Part shown: positions 56,258 through 64,000 of the stretch, piece by piece | Position numbering within the stretch: position 1 is the first letter of the stretch | Layout: each line of letters begins with the position of its first letter | Assembly (NCBI GenBank): GCA_037200965.1 | Contig: JBBCGK010000001.1 | Coordinates: 800,001 to 864,000, forward strand | Length of the DNA stretch: 64,000 nucleotides | Source: a bacterium | Lineage (GTDB): Bacteria > Patescibacteriota > Minisyncoccia > Phycocordibacterales > Phycocordibacteraceae | Direction: 5' to 3' | Position numbers and translations under genes: made by a program | The notes under the pieces: generated by a model | What the model was told of the DNA's origin: nothing | What the model saw: only the letters and a program-made list of their open reading frames with translations | Database searches by the model: none

Positions 56258-57504
56258 ACGGCGCGCATGACGTGATCGTCGTCGGGGGCGGAGCGTCGGG
56301 GATGATGGCCGCCGCGGTCGCGGCAAGGCGCGGCAAGCGCGTGCTTCTTCTCGAGAAGAACGCGCGGCTCGGGGAGAAGCTTTCGATATCGGGCGGCGGC
56401 CGCTGCAATATCACGAACGCGGAGTTCGATACGCGCGCGTTTCTTGCCCGCTACGGCGCCGCCGCGGATTTTCTCCATTCCGCCTTCGCGCAGTTTGGCG
56501 TGCAGGACACTTTTGATTTTTTCGAGGACCTCGGTCTTCCGCTCAAAGTCGAGGCCGGGAAGCGCGCGTTTCCGGCAAGCGAGCGCGCCACGGACGTCGT
56601 GCGCGCGCTCATCGAAGCGCTTCGCGCGGGCAGGGCCGAGGTTCGCACGGGCACGGCCGTCGGGCAGATCATCGCGAAGGACGGACGTATCGAAACGATT
56701 ATTGCGGGAGGGACAGAGTATCGCGCGGCTTCCTATGTTTTCTCGACCGGCGGCGTCTCGCATCCGGAGACCGGTTCGACGGGCGACGGTTTCGGATGGC
56801 TCCGGGAACTCGGGCATGCCGTAGCGGAGCCGACGCCGACCATCGTCCCTTTGGCCACCAAAGAAACGTGGGGGCGGGAGCTTTCCGGCGTCTCGATCGA
56901 CGGCGTGAAAATCGCGTTCGAGCGCGAGGCGTTCCCGGGAGAAAAGCCCAAGCGCTTCTCAAGGGAAGGAAGGGTGCTTTTCACGCATTTCGGCATCTCG
57001 GGTCCGACCGTGCTTAACGCGGCGGGGAAAGTGGCGGATCTTCTCCATGAGGGCGCGGTATCCGCGAGGATCGATCTCTATCCGGCGCTCGATGCCGGGC
57101 ATCTCGACCGGGAGATCACGGGCAGATTCGACGCGAACAAGAACAAATCGGCGCGAAACGCGCTCAAGGAATTCCTTCCGCCGGGCACCCCGCAGGTATT
57201 TTTGAAGCTTGCGGGCCTTGACCCGGAAAAGAAGGCGCACAGCGTGACGCGGGACGAGCGCCGGGCGCTCGCAAATCTCCTTAAATCCCTTCCGCTTACC
57301 ATCGCCGGGCTCATGGGATTCGAACGCGCCGTGGTCGCCGACGGCGGCGTTCCGCTTGTCGAAATCGATATGCGTACCATGCGTTCGAAGAAGACCGGGA
57401 ACCTTTTCGTCACCGGCGATCTTTTGAATATTGAGAGGCCTTCAGGCGGCTATTCGCTCCAGCTGTGCTGGACCACCGGGTACGTGGCGGGGAGCGCGGT
57501 ATAA
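56254..57504 (+). CDS. HI0933/BaiN-like FAD-dependent oxidoreductase
   Basis: DVIVVGGGASGMMAAAVAARRGKRVLLLEKN...ISGGGRCNITN. Confidence 0.8.
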   Translation: MNGAHDVIVVGGGASGMMAAAVAARRGKRVLLLEKNARLGEKLSISGGGRCNITNAEFDTRAFLARYGAAADFLHSAFAQFGVQDTFDFFEDLGLPLKVEAGKRAFPASERATDVVRALIEALRAGRAEVRTGTAVGQIIAKDGRIETIIAGGTEYRAASYVFSTGGVSHPETGSTGDGFGWLRELGHAVAEPTPTIVPLATKETWGRELSGVSIDGVKIAFEREAFPGEKPKRFSREGRVLFTHFGISGPTVLNAAGKVADLLHEGAVSARIDLYPALDAGHLDREITGRFDANKNKSARNALKEFLPPGTPQVFLKLAGLDPEKKAHSVTRDERRALANLLKSLPLTIAGLMGFERAVVADGGVPLVEIDMRTMRSKKTGNLFVTGDLLNIERPSGGYSLQLCWTTGYVAGSAV

Positions 57505-57511
57505 TCGGTCT

Positions 57512-58114
57512 ATGAAAAGGACCTGTATCGTGCTGTTTCTTCCTGCTCTGTTTGTTGTCGCAGCCGTCTCAAGCCCGCTTGCCGCCTCGGCCCACGTATT
57601 CAAGGAGGACGGGGCGATCGGAGCGCTCATGTATACCGACCTCGGCCATACGCCCCCCGCGGGCGTGCCGGTGAAATTCTTCCTCCAGTTCCGGGATTCG
57701 CAGGTACCGCTCCAGCTGCAGCACGATTACGAATTCACCATATCCTTTACGGATTCGGATAACGCTTCGAGCACGGTGCCGTCCGACGATTTCCGCTACG
57801 TCGCCGCAACCGAACTCGACTTCTATCATACGTTCCCCGGAAAAGGAGAATACACGCTGACCGTCTCGGGCGCGCCGCTTGCCGAAGGGCTTGCCCCTTT
57901 CACGCTTCGCTACGATCTTCCCGTTGCGGAGGCGGGGGAAGCCGTAGCGGATGATTCCCACGAAGGCATGGATAGCATGCACCACGACCACAGCCTGTTT
58001 GGCGAGCATGCCGTACACTTCATCCTCTTCGGGGGCGTTATCGTCCTCGTCGTATTCCTCATCGCCCGCGATCTGTGGCGCAGGCGGCGGGAGCCCGGAA
58101 AGCATACGGACTAG
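57512..58114 (+). CDS. Exported protein with C-terminal TM anchor and His-rich segment
   Basis: Signal peptide, DSHEGMDSMHHDHSLFGEH, C-terminal TM plus RRRRE tail. Confidence 0.45.
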   Translation: MKRTCIVLFLPALFVVAAVSSPLAASAHVFKEDGAIGALMYTDLGHTPPAGVPVKFFLQFRDSQVPLQLQHDYEFTISFTDSDNASSTVPSDDFRYVAATELDFYHTFPGKGEYTLTVSGAPLAEGLAPFTLRYDLPVAEAGEAVADDSHEGMDSMHHDHSLFGEHAVHFILFGGVIVLVVFLIARDLWRRRREPGKHTD

Positions 58115-58123
58115 AATGTTAGA

Positions 58124-59875
58124 GTGAAACCCATGCAGCTGTTTGCCAAAAAAGAAAAGCCTGTACATACGAGTTTCGGCCCGCCATATGCCGTGCTCAA
58201 TCTCTCCAAAGTCGGTCTGCGGTATTTCCGTTTCATGATCAAGTCGTCTCACGCTTCGAGGGATCGGCTCGTGCAGAAGTTCATAGACCATCCGAACGTC
58301 GGCTGGATATTCTCTGCGGAGGGCTGGTTCAATCTCGCCGTGGGCGTTTGGGCAAAGGACAATGCGGAAATCAACGATATCAGTTCCTCGATTCGCGCAA
58401 CGTTGAATCCGGGCGACGAGATTGTGTACCAATCCGAGCTCACGAGCCTCTACGGCTTCGGGAACCGGCCAGTCGCGGGAGAGGTCCGCGCGATGGCCAT
58501 AGTCGATGCCGTTTATACTCCGGTCGATCTCGACCATCTTACATTTGATTATCTTAAACTTGTCGCGCTCGACAGTTCGCTCCCGGAACGTGATGCCGCA
58601 GAAATCCTTGGAATAACGGAGGAAGCACTAACGCGGTTGCGAAGTGAGCTCGAGGCCGCGGGTGTCATAGTCGGGTACCAGGACCGGCTCAACTACACGG
58701 GTACGTATTACAAAGTATTCATCGATACGCTCCGTGCCAAGACGCCCGATGCGGTCCAGAAGCTTACCGATCGGCTCTGGGGAGATATGCGGTGCATTTA
58801 CATAGAACGCGCCAACGGAAAATACGATTTCGAATTCGAACTTGTGCTTGAGCACAAGGCGGCTATATGGGAATATGTCAGGGATTTTCCGGAGCACAAA
58901 ATAGCGGTCCTGACGAAGAACTTGTATACCAATCTCTACCCGCTCAATAAAATCGCGAACTTGCGGGAGATTAAGGATTCGATTCTCGCGCAAAGTGGAA
59001 GCGTTATCGATCTGCGCAACTCGAAACTCTGGTATCTGAATCCGAGAGGCGCGAACGCATATCTGAACATATATGAAAACAGGAACTATTTCGAGGCGAT
59101 GGAAAAGAGCGAACTCGATCTGTTCAGCGATATAACCGCTCATATCCGGGAGAAAAGCGGTGCGGAAAGCTACAGCCTCATAGACATCGGCAGCGGGGAC
59201 GGGCTCAAGGCAAGAATTTTCATAGAAAAGCTCGGAGAAGAAAAGATAAAAGCCTATTATCCGGTCGATATACAACCGATCGAACTTGCGGCCGCCCTTA
59301 AGTCGCATGCGGCCGGCGCATACGCGAAACATCCGGTGCTTCTGGATATCGAAAATCTATCGGCACGGTTTCCCTTAAAGCTTCACCCCGGCGAAGGACA
59401 GATAACCATTTTCCTTGGCGGCACATATGGAAACTTCAAGAACGAACGGATCAACGCGTATCTGAAACCGCTATTGCGCGATCCGTCTGCCGTGGTGCTC
59501 GTTTCGATGCCGATTGTGTCCGGGAAAACCGATGCCGATATGATCGAACTCTATTCGGGGAAACAGATGGAAGATATGGCCTTTGGTCCTCTGCTCCAGA
59601 TAGGCTTCGCGCTTGGCGACTTCGAGGCGAATCCGGCGCATCCCGATCTGCGCATACAGCCGGTCGTCGAGGATTCCAGGCTTGTTACCACATTTACCCT
59701 TAAAAACGATAAGATAATTCTTGGAAAGCGTTTTGATAAAGGGACTGTTTTCAAGATGACCACTTCGTGGAAGCCGACGCTTGAGGAAGTTCGTGCCGCG
59801 CTCGAACGTGATTTTGTTATCGAGAAGATGTTCCACAACAGCGAGATGTCCATTTCCATTATTAGGGCAAAATGA
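58124..59875 (+). CDS. Fusion protein: RAM-like domain + Lrp/AsnC (HTH+RAM) + EgtD-like SAM methyltransferase (Methyltransf_33)
   Basis: HTH LKLVALDSSLPERDAAEILGITEEALTRL; RAM YYKVFIDTLRAK...YDFEFELVLE; C-terminal LIDIGSGDGLKARIF...YYPVDIQPIEL...ITIFLGGTYGNFKNE matching EgtD G-x-G-x-G, YxPiDIS and FLGSTIGNF motifs. GTG 58124 or ATG 58133. Confidence 0.6.
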   Translation: MKPMQLFAKKEKPVHTSFGPPYAVLNLSKVGLRYFRFMIKSSHASRDRLVQKFIDHPNVGWIFSAEGWFNLAVGVWAKDNAEINDISSSIRATLNPGDEIVYQSELTSLYGFGNRPVAGEVRAMAIVDAVYTPVDLDHLTFDYLKLVALDSSLPERDAAEILGITEEALTRLRSELEAAGVIVGYQDRLNYTGTYYKVFIDTLRAKTPDAVQKLTDRLWGDMRCIYIERANGKYDFEFELVLEHKAAIWEYVRDFPEHKIAVLTKNLYTNLYPLNKIANLREIKDSILAQSGSVIDLRNSKLWYLNPRGANAYLNIYENRNYFEAMEKSELDLFSDITAHIREKSGAESYSLIDIGSGDGLKARIFIEKLGEEKIKAYYPVDIQPIELAAALKSHAAGAYAKHPVLLDIENLSARFPLKLHPGEGQITIFLGGTYGNFKNERINAYLKPLLRDPSAVVLVSMPIVSGKTDADMIELYSGKQMEDMAFGPLLQIGFALGDFEANPAHPDLRIQPVVEDSRLVTTFTLKNDKIILGKRFDKGTVFKMTTSWKPTLEEVRAALERDFVIEKMFHNSEMSISIIRAK

Positions 59876-60993
59876 GCAATTCAGCAGTACACGACCACAT
59901 CATCATCGGCGCCGGAATAGCCGGACTCTCGGCCGCGTACCACTTCGCCAAAGACGGCCATTCCGTCGTCGTGCTCGAGGCGACTGACGGCAAGAGCGGC
60001 GCGAGCTTCGCCTCGACCGCGGAAATGAATCATGATCCGGACGCGAAGTGGGAGAAGGTCGTGGAGCGGTTCGGCATTGAAGGCGCGCGGGAAGTCTGGG
60101 AACTGTCCGACTTCGCCATGGAGAAGCTCGCGGATTTCGCGCACCGCCCCGGAGAAGAGCATTTCGGCACCGAGCGGCTTCCCGCGCACCTGTTCTCGTA
60201 CAAAGACGGAGACGCGGGCATGCTTCGCGGCAAGTACGAGTTTTATAAGAGCATCGGCGCGAACGCAGAATTTACGGAAAACGGAAGCGCCCTCCATGAA
60301 AGCTTCAAAGCCGTCCTTACGATCAGGGACGAAGGCGCAACTAACAATCAGATGATACTCAAGGAACTCGCGCACGGCATGCGGGAATTGGGAGGAGAAA
60401 TCCACCATCACCGCCGCGCAGTCCGTATCGAAGAAAGCGCAGACGCCGTGCGTGTTGAGACCGAAAGCGGCGAACTTGTTTCCGGAAGAAGCGTACTTAT
60501 CGCCACGGGCGACGGCCGCGGGCTCGTACCCAAGGATCTTCTCATAGGGCGCATCCGCACGTTCGTCATCGCCTATGAAAAGCATGGTATGCGGGATATT
60601 TTCCGCGACTCGCTCATGTGGGATACCGACGAGCCGTTCCACTATGTCCGTCCCTTCGACCACACGCGGTTATGGGTGGGCGGGGAAGATGCGGATGAAA
60701 GCGCATACGACCCGAAAGACGAAAAAGAAAAGTATGCCGCGCTCGAGGACTATTCCAAAAACGTTCTGCATGTCGACGATGCATACAAACGGGACGGGCA
60801 GTGGAGCGGCGTCTTCTTCCCGAGCGATCGCGGCCTTCCGTATATCGGCGAGGTGCCGGGCAGCCGGATACGGCTGAGCCTCGGCTTCGGGGGCTCCGGC
60901 ATCCTCACGAGCTTCATCTCCGGCTATCTGCATGCCGCATGGCTTCGGGGCGAACTCCCCGAATACCGGCGGCTGTTTGCGGTGGGGTGGTAA
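59872..60993 (+). CDS. FAD-dependent oxidoreductase (DAO / sarcosine-oxidase-like)
   Basis: N-terminal HIIIGAGIAGLSAAYHFAKDGHSVVVLEA dinucleotide-binding motif; 373 aa; ATGA overlap with the upstream gene. Confidence 0.75.
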   Translation: MSNSAVHDHIIIGAGIAGLSAAYHFAKDGHSVVVLEATDGKSGASFASTAEMNHDPDAKWEKVVERFGIEGAREVWELSDFAMEKLADFAHRPGEEHFGTERLPAHLFSYKDGDAGMLRGKYEFYKSIGANAEFTENGSALHESFKAVLTIRDEGATNNQMILKELAHGMRELGGEIHHHRRAVRIEESADAVRVETESGELVSGRSVLIATGDGRGLVPKDLLIGRIRTFVIAYEKHGMRDIFRDSLMWDTDEPFHYVRPFDHTRLWVGGEDADESAYDPKDEKEKYAALEDYSKNVLHVDDAYKRDGQWSGVFFPSDRGLPYIGEVPGSRIRLSLGFGGSGILTSFISGYLHAAWLRGELPEYRRLFAVGW

Positions 60994-61036
60994 TACGGGA
61001 AAACTTCCCGGGCACGGCGTGCCCGGGAAGTCAGCG

Positions 61037-61570
61037 CTATACGTCGCGCACCTTGCGGACGATAGGTATGCGGACGCGAAGCATGCTTTCGCCTCGATTG
61101 CCGTATTTCACCCGAAACCCCTGCACGCCGTCGGTAAAGGTCTTGGCGTAGATGCCCATCGCGTTGAAGTTGAGCGTATACGCCCATACGACCAGGGTGA
61201 CGTGGCTCTCGATGCGCGTGTTCGTTTCTTGCGTCCACGCGATCACTTCGCGCAGACTTGCTTCGGTAAGCTTCGGGCCGAGCTTTTGGCCTTGGAACCG
61301 AGGGTCGATGCCGATCTGCTCGAGCTCGACGGCGGGTTCGGCCCGATGAAAACCGCCATGCGTTTGCCATCCCGCGTATCCGGCAACTTCGCCGTCGATT
61401 TCGATGACGAAATACTGATACAGCGGGAAGGACTTGAACCAACACGTCGCCCATTGGAGAGCGCCATCCGGCAAGTCCCGGTCGCCAAGGAATACGCCCG
61501 CATTGATCGCCGCTATACGTGGCAAGTCTTTTTCTTCGGCCCTGCGGACCGTTGCCTGTTGTTCACTCAC
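61037..61570 (-). CDS. GNAT family N-acetyltransferase
   Basis: IDPRFQGQKLGPKLTEASL acetyl-CoA motif. Confidence 0.7.
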   Translation of the reverse strand: MSEQQATVRRAEEKDLPRIAAINAGVFLGDRDLPDGALQWATCWFKSFPLYQYFVIEIDGEVAGYAGWQTHGGFHRAEPAVELEQIGIDPRFQGQKLGPKLTEASLREVIAWTQETNTRIESHVTLVVWAYTLNFNAMGIYAKTFTDGVQGFRVKYGNRGESMLRVRIPIVRKVRDV

Positions 61571-61632
61571 GCTCTCTGCTCCTATAAGGTTCGCCCCATC
61601 ACTGAGAACTTGTTTCCCGTATGCGAAGTTGC

Positions 61633-62337
61633 TTATCCAATCCCTAATGCTTTCAAAAATCCCTTGAGCGGCGGACCCTCGATCGGTCGGAACGCCCCGG
61701 ACGGGAGGCTCCCGAGTGCGATGTTCATCACCTTGGTGCGTTTGAGTTCGACCGTGTCGTTATGGAGCATCGAGACCATCCGGCGTATCTGGTGCTTCTT
61801 GCCTTCGGTGAGGGTGACGGCGAAGGCCTTTTCGCCAAGCAGCTTCACCTTTGCGGGCTTGGTCACATAGCCGTCTTCGAGTTCGACGCCTTTCTCCATG
61901 TGCTCCTTAAAGCTGGGCCGCAGCTTGTCGCGCGTCTTCACGACATATTCTTTCTCGTGGTCGTGATCGGGATTCAGCAGCCGATCGGTCACGCGCCCGT
62001 CGTTCGTGAGGATGATGAGGCCGTGCGAAGCCTTATCAAGACGGCCCACGGGGAAGACATCCGCAAGCTCGGGGAAGCTGCTCAAGGCGCCTTTTATGTC
62101 TTCTTCGTCTTCTTCCTGCGGCGAGTGGGTAATGACGCCCTTGGGCTTATGGTACGCGAAATATTTGTATTCCTTGGGCTTGTGGCCCGAGCGGAGTTCT
62201 ACTTTGTCGCCCTCCTCCACCTTGTCGCCAAGCACGGCGATGCGGTCGTTGAGGAGCACCTTCTTGGCTTCGATAAGCTCGTCGGCACCGCGCCTTGTCG
62301 CGTGGCCCTGGCGGGCGAGGTATTTATTGATGCGCAT
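61633..62337 (-). CDS. Pseudouridine synthase (RsuA/RluB family) with N-terminal S4 domain
   Basis: MRINKYLARQGHATRRGADELI S4 domain; catalytic GRLDKASHGLIILTNDG. Confidence 0.8.
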   Translation of the reverse strand: MRINKYLARQGHATRRGADELIEAKKVLLNDRIAVLGDKVEEGDKVELRSGHKPKEYKYFAYHKPKGVITHSPQEEDEEDIKGALSSFPELADVFPVGRLDKASHGLIILTNDGRVTDRLLNPDHDHEKEYVVKTRDKLRPSFKEHMEKGVELEDGYVTKPAKVKLLGEKAFAVTLTEGKKHQIRRMVSMLHNDTVELKRTKVMNIALGSLPSGAFRPIEGPPLKGFLKALGIG

Positions 62338-62439
62338 CGGGTATTCGGACGCGCTTTCTTTTTTCGGTGGCGGTTTTATCCCTTGACTATACCATGACTC
62401 TAATGGTATATCTAGCGCGGGTTGTTTCAGGAGTCAGAT

Positions 62440-62703
62440 ATGTCTAAGACGCTGAATGAGCATATGGATGAAGTCTTTCCACATGCTGGTGGCTTTGACC
62501 ACCTCCAAAACTACATCACACGATGGGCGCAGACGCTTCCGGAAAATGGACGAGGCGGTGAAGGGAAGTTCCCGCCCGCCGCGGCCGAAAAAATCGACCA
62601 AGTCTTCGCTCTTCTTGAGGGCGACGAACTTGCTCGGGCTCTGCTCGCCCACTACCTCAAATTCGCCCAACTGAATGCCCCTGCTTATCTTTTTCTGTGC
62701 TAA
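62440..62703 (+). CDS. Hypothetical small protein
   Basis: 88 aa from ATG 62440 with AGGAG RBS. Confidence 0.35.
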   Translation: MSKTLNEHMDEVFPHAGGFDHLQNYITRWAQTLPENGRGGEGKFPPAAAEKIDQVFALLEGDELARALLAHYLKFAQLNAPAYLFLC

Positions 62704-62721
62704 CGCGCCAGAGAACAAGGC

Positions 62722-62756
62722 CGACCCTGATTAATACTCAGGGTCGTTTTGTTTTG
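62722..62756 (+). terminator. Rho-independent terminator
   Basis: CGACCCTGA-ttaatac-TCAGGGTCG followed by TTTTGTTTTG. Confidence 0.55.
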
Positions 62757-62801
62757 CCCATACTCGCGAAATGCTCGTCCGACTGATAAGGTAACCGAAT
62801 C

Positions 62802-64000
62802 ATGGCGCGCGAAGAAACCGTCGTCCGGTTCGAAGACGTTTCGTTTGAATACGGGCACAACAAGCCGATCCTCGAGGAGGTGAATTTCGGCGTGCGCACG
62901 GGTATGAAGGTCGCGGTAATGGGCCAGAACGGCGCGGGGAAGACGACGCTCTTCGAACTTATCGCGGGCACCAAGTCGCCCGAGAGCGGACGCGTGCTCC
63001 TTTCTTCCGGCGCCACCATCGCCACCGCGAAGCAGGTGATACCGCGCGGGGACCTTGATCTTAGCGTCCGCGCCTTTTTCGAGAAGTGCTTCCCGAAGAA
63101 GGTATACGACATCGACCCCAAGATTGAGACCGTACTTGATGCCGTAGGCCTCAAGGCGCCGCTTGACCGCACTCTTCGCACGTTTTCCGGCGGCCAGCAG
63201 GCGAGACTCCTCCTTGCTTACGCGCTTATCCAAAGCCCCGACATCCTCCTTCTTGACGAGCCCACGAACAATCTCGACGCGGGCGGAATCAGGCACCTGA
63301 CGGAGTTCCTCACCGGATACCCGAAGACCGTGGTCGTGATCTCGCACGACGCGGAGTTCCTCAACGCCTTCACCGAAGGCGTCCTCTATCTCGACGCGTA
63401 CACGCGGAAGGTCGAGCAGTATTTCGGAAACTATAACGACGTACAGCGGGACATCGAGGCCCGCATCGAGCGCGAGAACCGCAAGAACGCGCTGCTCGCC
63501 AAGGAAATACAGGCGAACAAGGACAAGGCGAACTTCTTCGCGCAGAAAGGAGGCAAGATGCGGCTTGTCGCGAAGAAGATGCGGAACCTCGTCGAGGAGA
63601 TGGAGGAAGAGAAAGTCGATGTGCGAAAGGAAGACAAGACTATCCGGCCCTTCACCATTCCCGCCCAGCAGGGTCTTACCGGGGAGATTCTCAACATCAG
63701 TTCCTTCATGCGCACGAAGAATCATAAGGCGGTGAAGCACAAGGCGCGGGTGATTCTCTCCCGCGGCCAGCATCTTCTCGTTAAAGCCCCGAACGGGTAC
63801 GGGAAGACGACGCTTCTTGAAGCGATCGCGTCGGGGAAGGCGGAAGGAGCGAATGTGCAGGAAGGAGTGAAGATCGGCTATTATCGGCAGGATTTCTCGA
63901 CGCTCAATTTCGAACACACCGCATACGAGTCGCTTATGAAAGGAATGGGCCAGCCGGATGAGCAGAAGCTCCGGGCCGTCGCCGCAGGCTTTCTCATTAC
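62802..64000 (+). CDS. ABC-F family ATPase (Uup/EttA-like); C-terminus beyond the window
   Basis: Manual plus-strand translation: Walker A GQNGAGKTT; signature FSGGQQARLLLA; Walker B ILLLDEPTNNLD; coiled-coil linker; second Walker A APNGYGKTT. The track shows only an antisense artefact here. Confidence 0.8.
   Translation, partial: MAREETVVRFEDVSFEYGHNKPILEEVNFGVRTGMKVAVMGQNGAGKTTLFELIAGTKSPESGRVLLSSGATIATAKQVIPRGDLDLSVRAFFEKCFPKKVYDIDPKIETVLDAVGLKAPLDRTLRTFSGGQQARLLLAYALIQSPDILLLDEPTNNLDAGGIRHLTEFLTGYPKTVVVISHDAEFLNAFTEGVLYLDAYTRKVEQYFGNYNDVQRDIEARIERENRKNALLAKEIQANKDKANFFAQKGGKMRLVAKKMRNLVEEMEEEKVDVRKEDKTIRPFTIPAQQGLTGEILNISSFMRTKNHKAVKHKARVILSRGQHLLVKAPNGYGKTTLLEAIASGKAEGANVQEGVKIGYYRQDFSTLNFEHTAYESLMKGMGQPDEQKLRAVAAGFLI

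Noticed and set aside
62700-63917. 405-aa minus-strand ORF at the right end
   Set aside because: Antisense to a clear ABC-F ATPase on the plus strand (two Walker A motifs and an ABC signature) that the track missed because it leaves the window.
1-64000. CRISPR arrays or cas genes
   Set aside because: No run of regularly spaced direct repeats and no Cas-like ORFs were seen in either strand.

Overview
The window is a compositionally mosaic stretch of bacterial chromosome. The backbone is about 58-62% GC, with inserted blocks at 45-50% GC and one gene at about 36% GC. It is gene-dense and mostly forward-strand, and about 90 genes can be called.

Main contents, left to right:
- A minus-strand NitT/TauT-type ABC permease and ATPase run off the left edge.
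- A tRNA-Gln(CUG) sits at 1169-1242. Directly after it comes a lower-GC island: Type III restriction-modification mod and res genes, a C-terminal SppA peptidase fragment, and a DUF2726 protein.
- A second foreign-looking block carries a histidine phosphatase, a class II aldolase, an O-methyltransferase and an HD hydrolase.
- An IS481-family insertion sequence is followed by a 63% GC five-gene module: a small protein, a coiled-coil protein, a membrane coiled-coil protein, an ABC substrate-binding protein fused to a C-terminal OmpA domain, an ABC permease and an ABC ATPase.
- Further on are a stand-alone PAS protein with a PAS histidine kinase and no response regulator, and a tight operon of nucleotide-processing enzymes (PNPOx-like, CYTH, NUDIX, GrpB, VOC) ending in a protein I read as a divergent cyclodipeptide synthase (CDPS). 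A second CDPS-like paralog lies 13 kb downstream next to a NYN-domain protein.
- Other genes include a Kv-like potassium channel with a structured leader, GST, a two-domain GIY-YIG protein, a 666-aa tail-fibre-like protein with a peptidase-S74 intramolecular chaperone domain followed by a repeat surface protein, an IS1595-family transposase, an AAA ATPase, and several NUDIX, HIT, ASCH, GNAT and methyltransferase genes.
- The right end carries purF, a decayed IS30 transposase, a DUF3800-like gene, a perfect 50-bp palindrome, MBL, pirin and a HI0933-type flavoprotein.
- An unusual fusion of Lrp/AsnC RAM domains to an EgtD-like SAM methyltransferase is translationally coupled to a DAO-family FAD oxidase. 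After it come a pseudouridine synthase and an ABC-F ATPase that runs off the right edge.

No CRISPR array and no rRNA were seen. Functional calls rest on motif-level reading of the translations, not on database searches.
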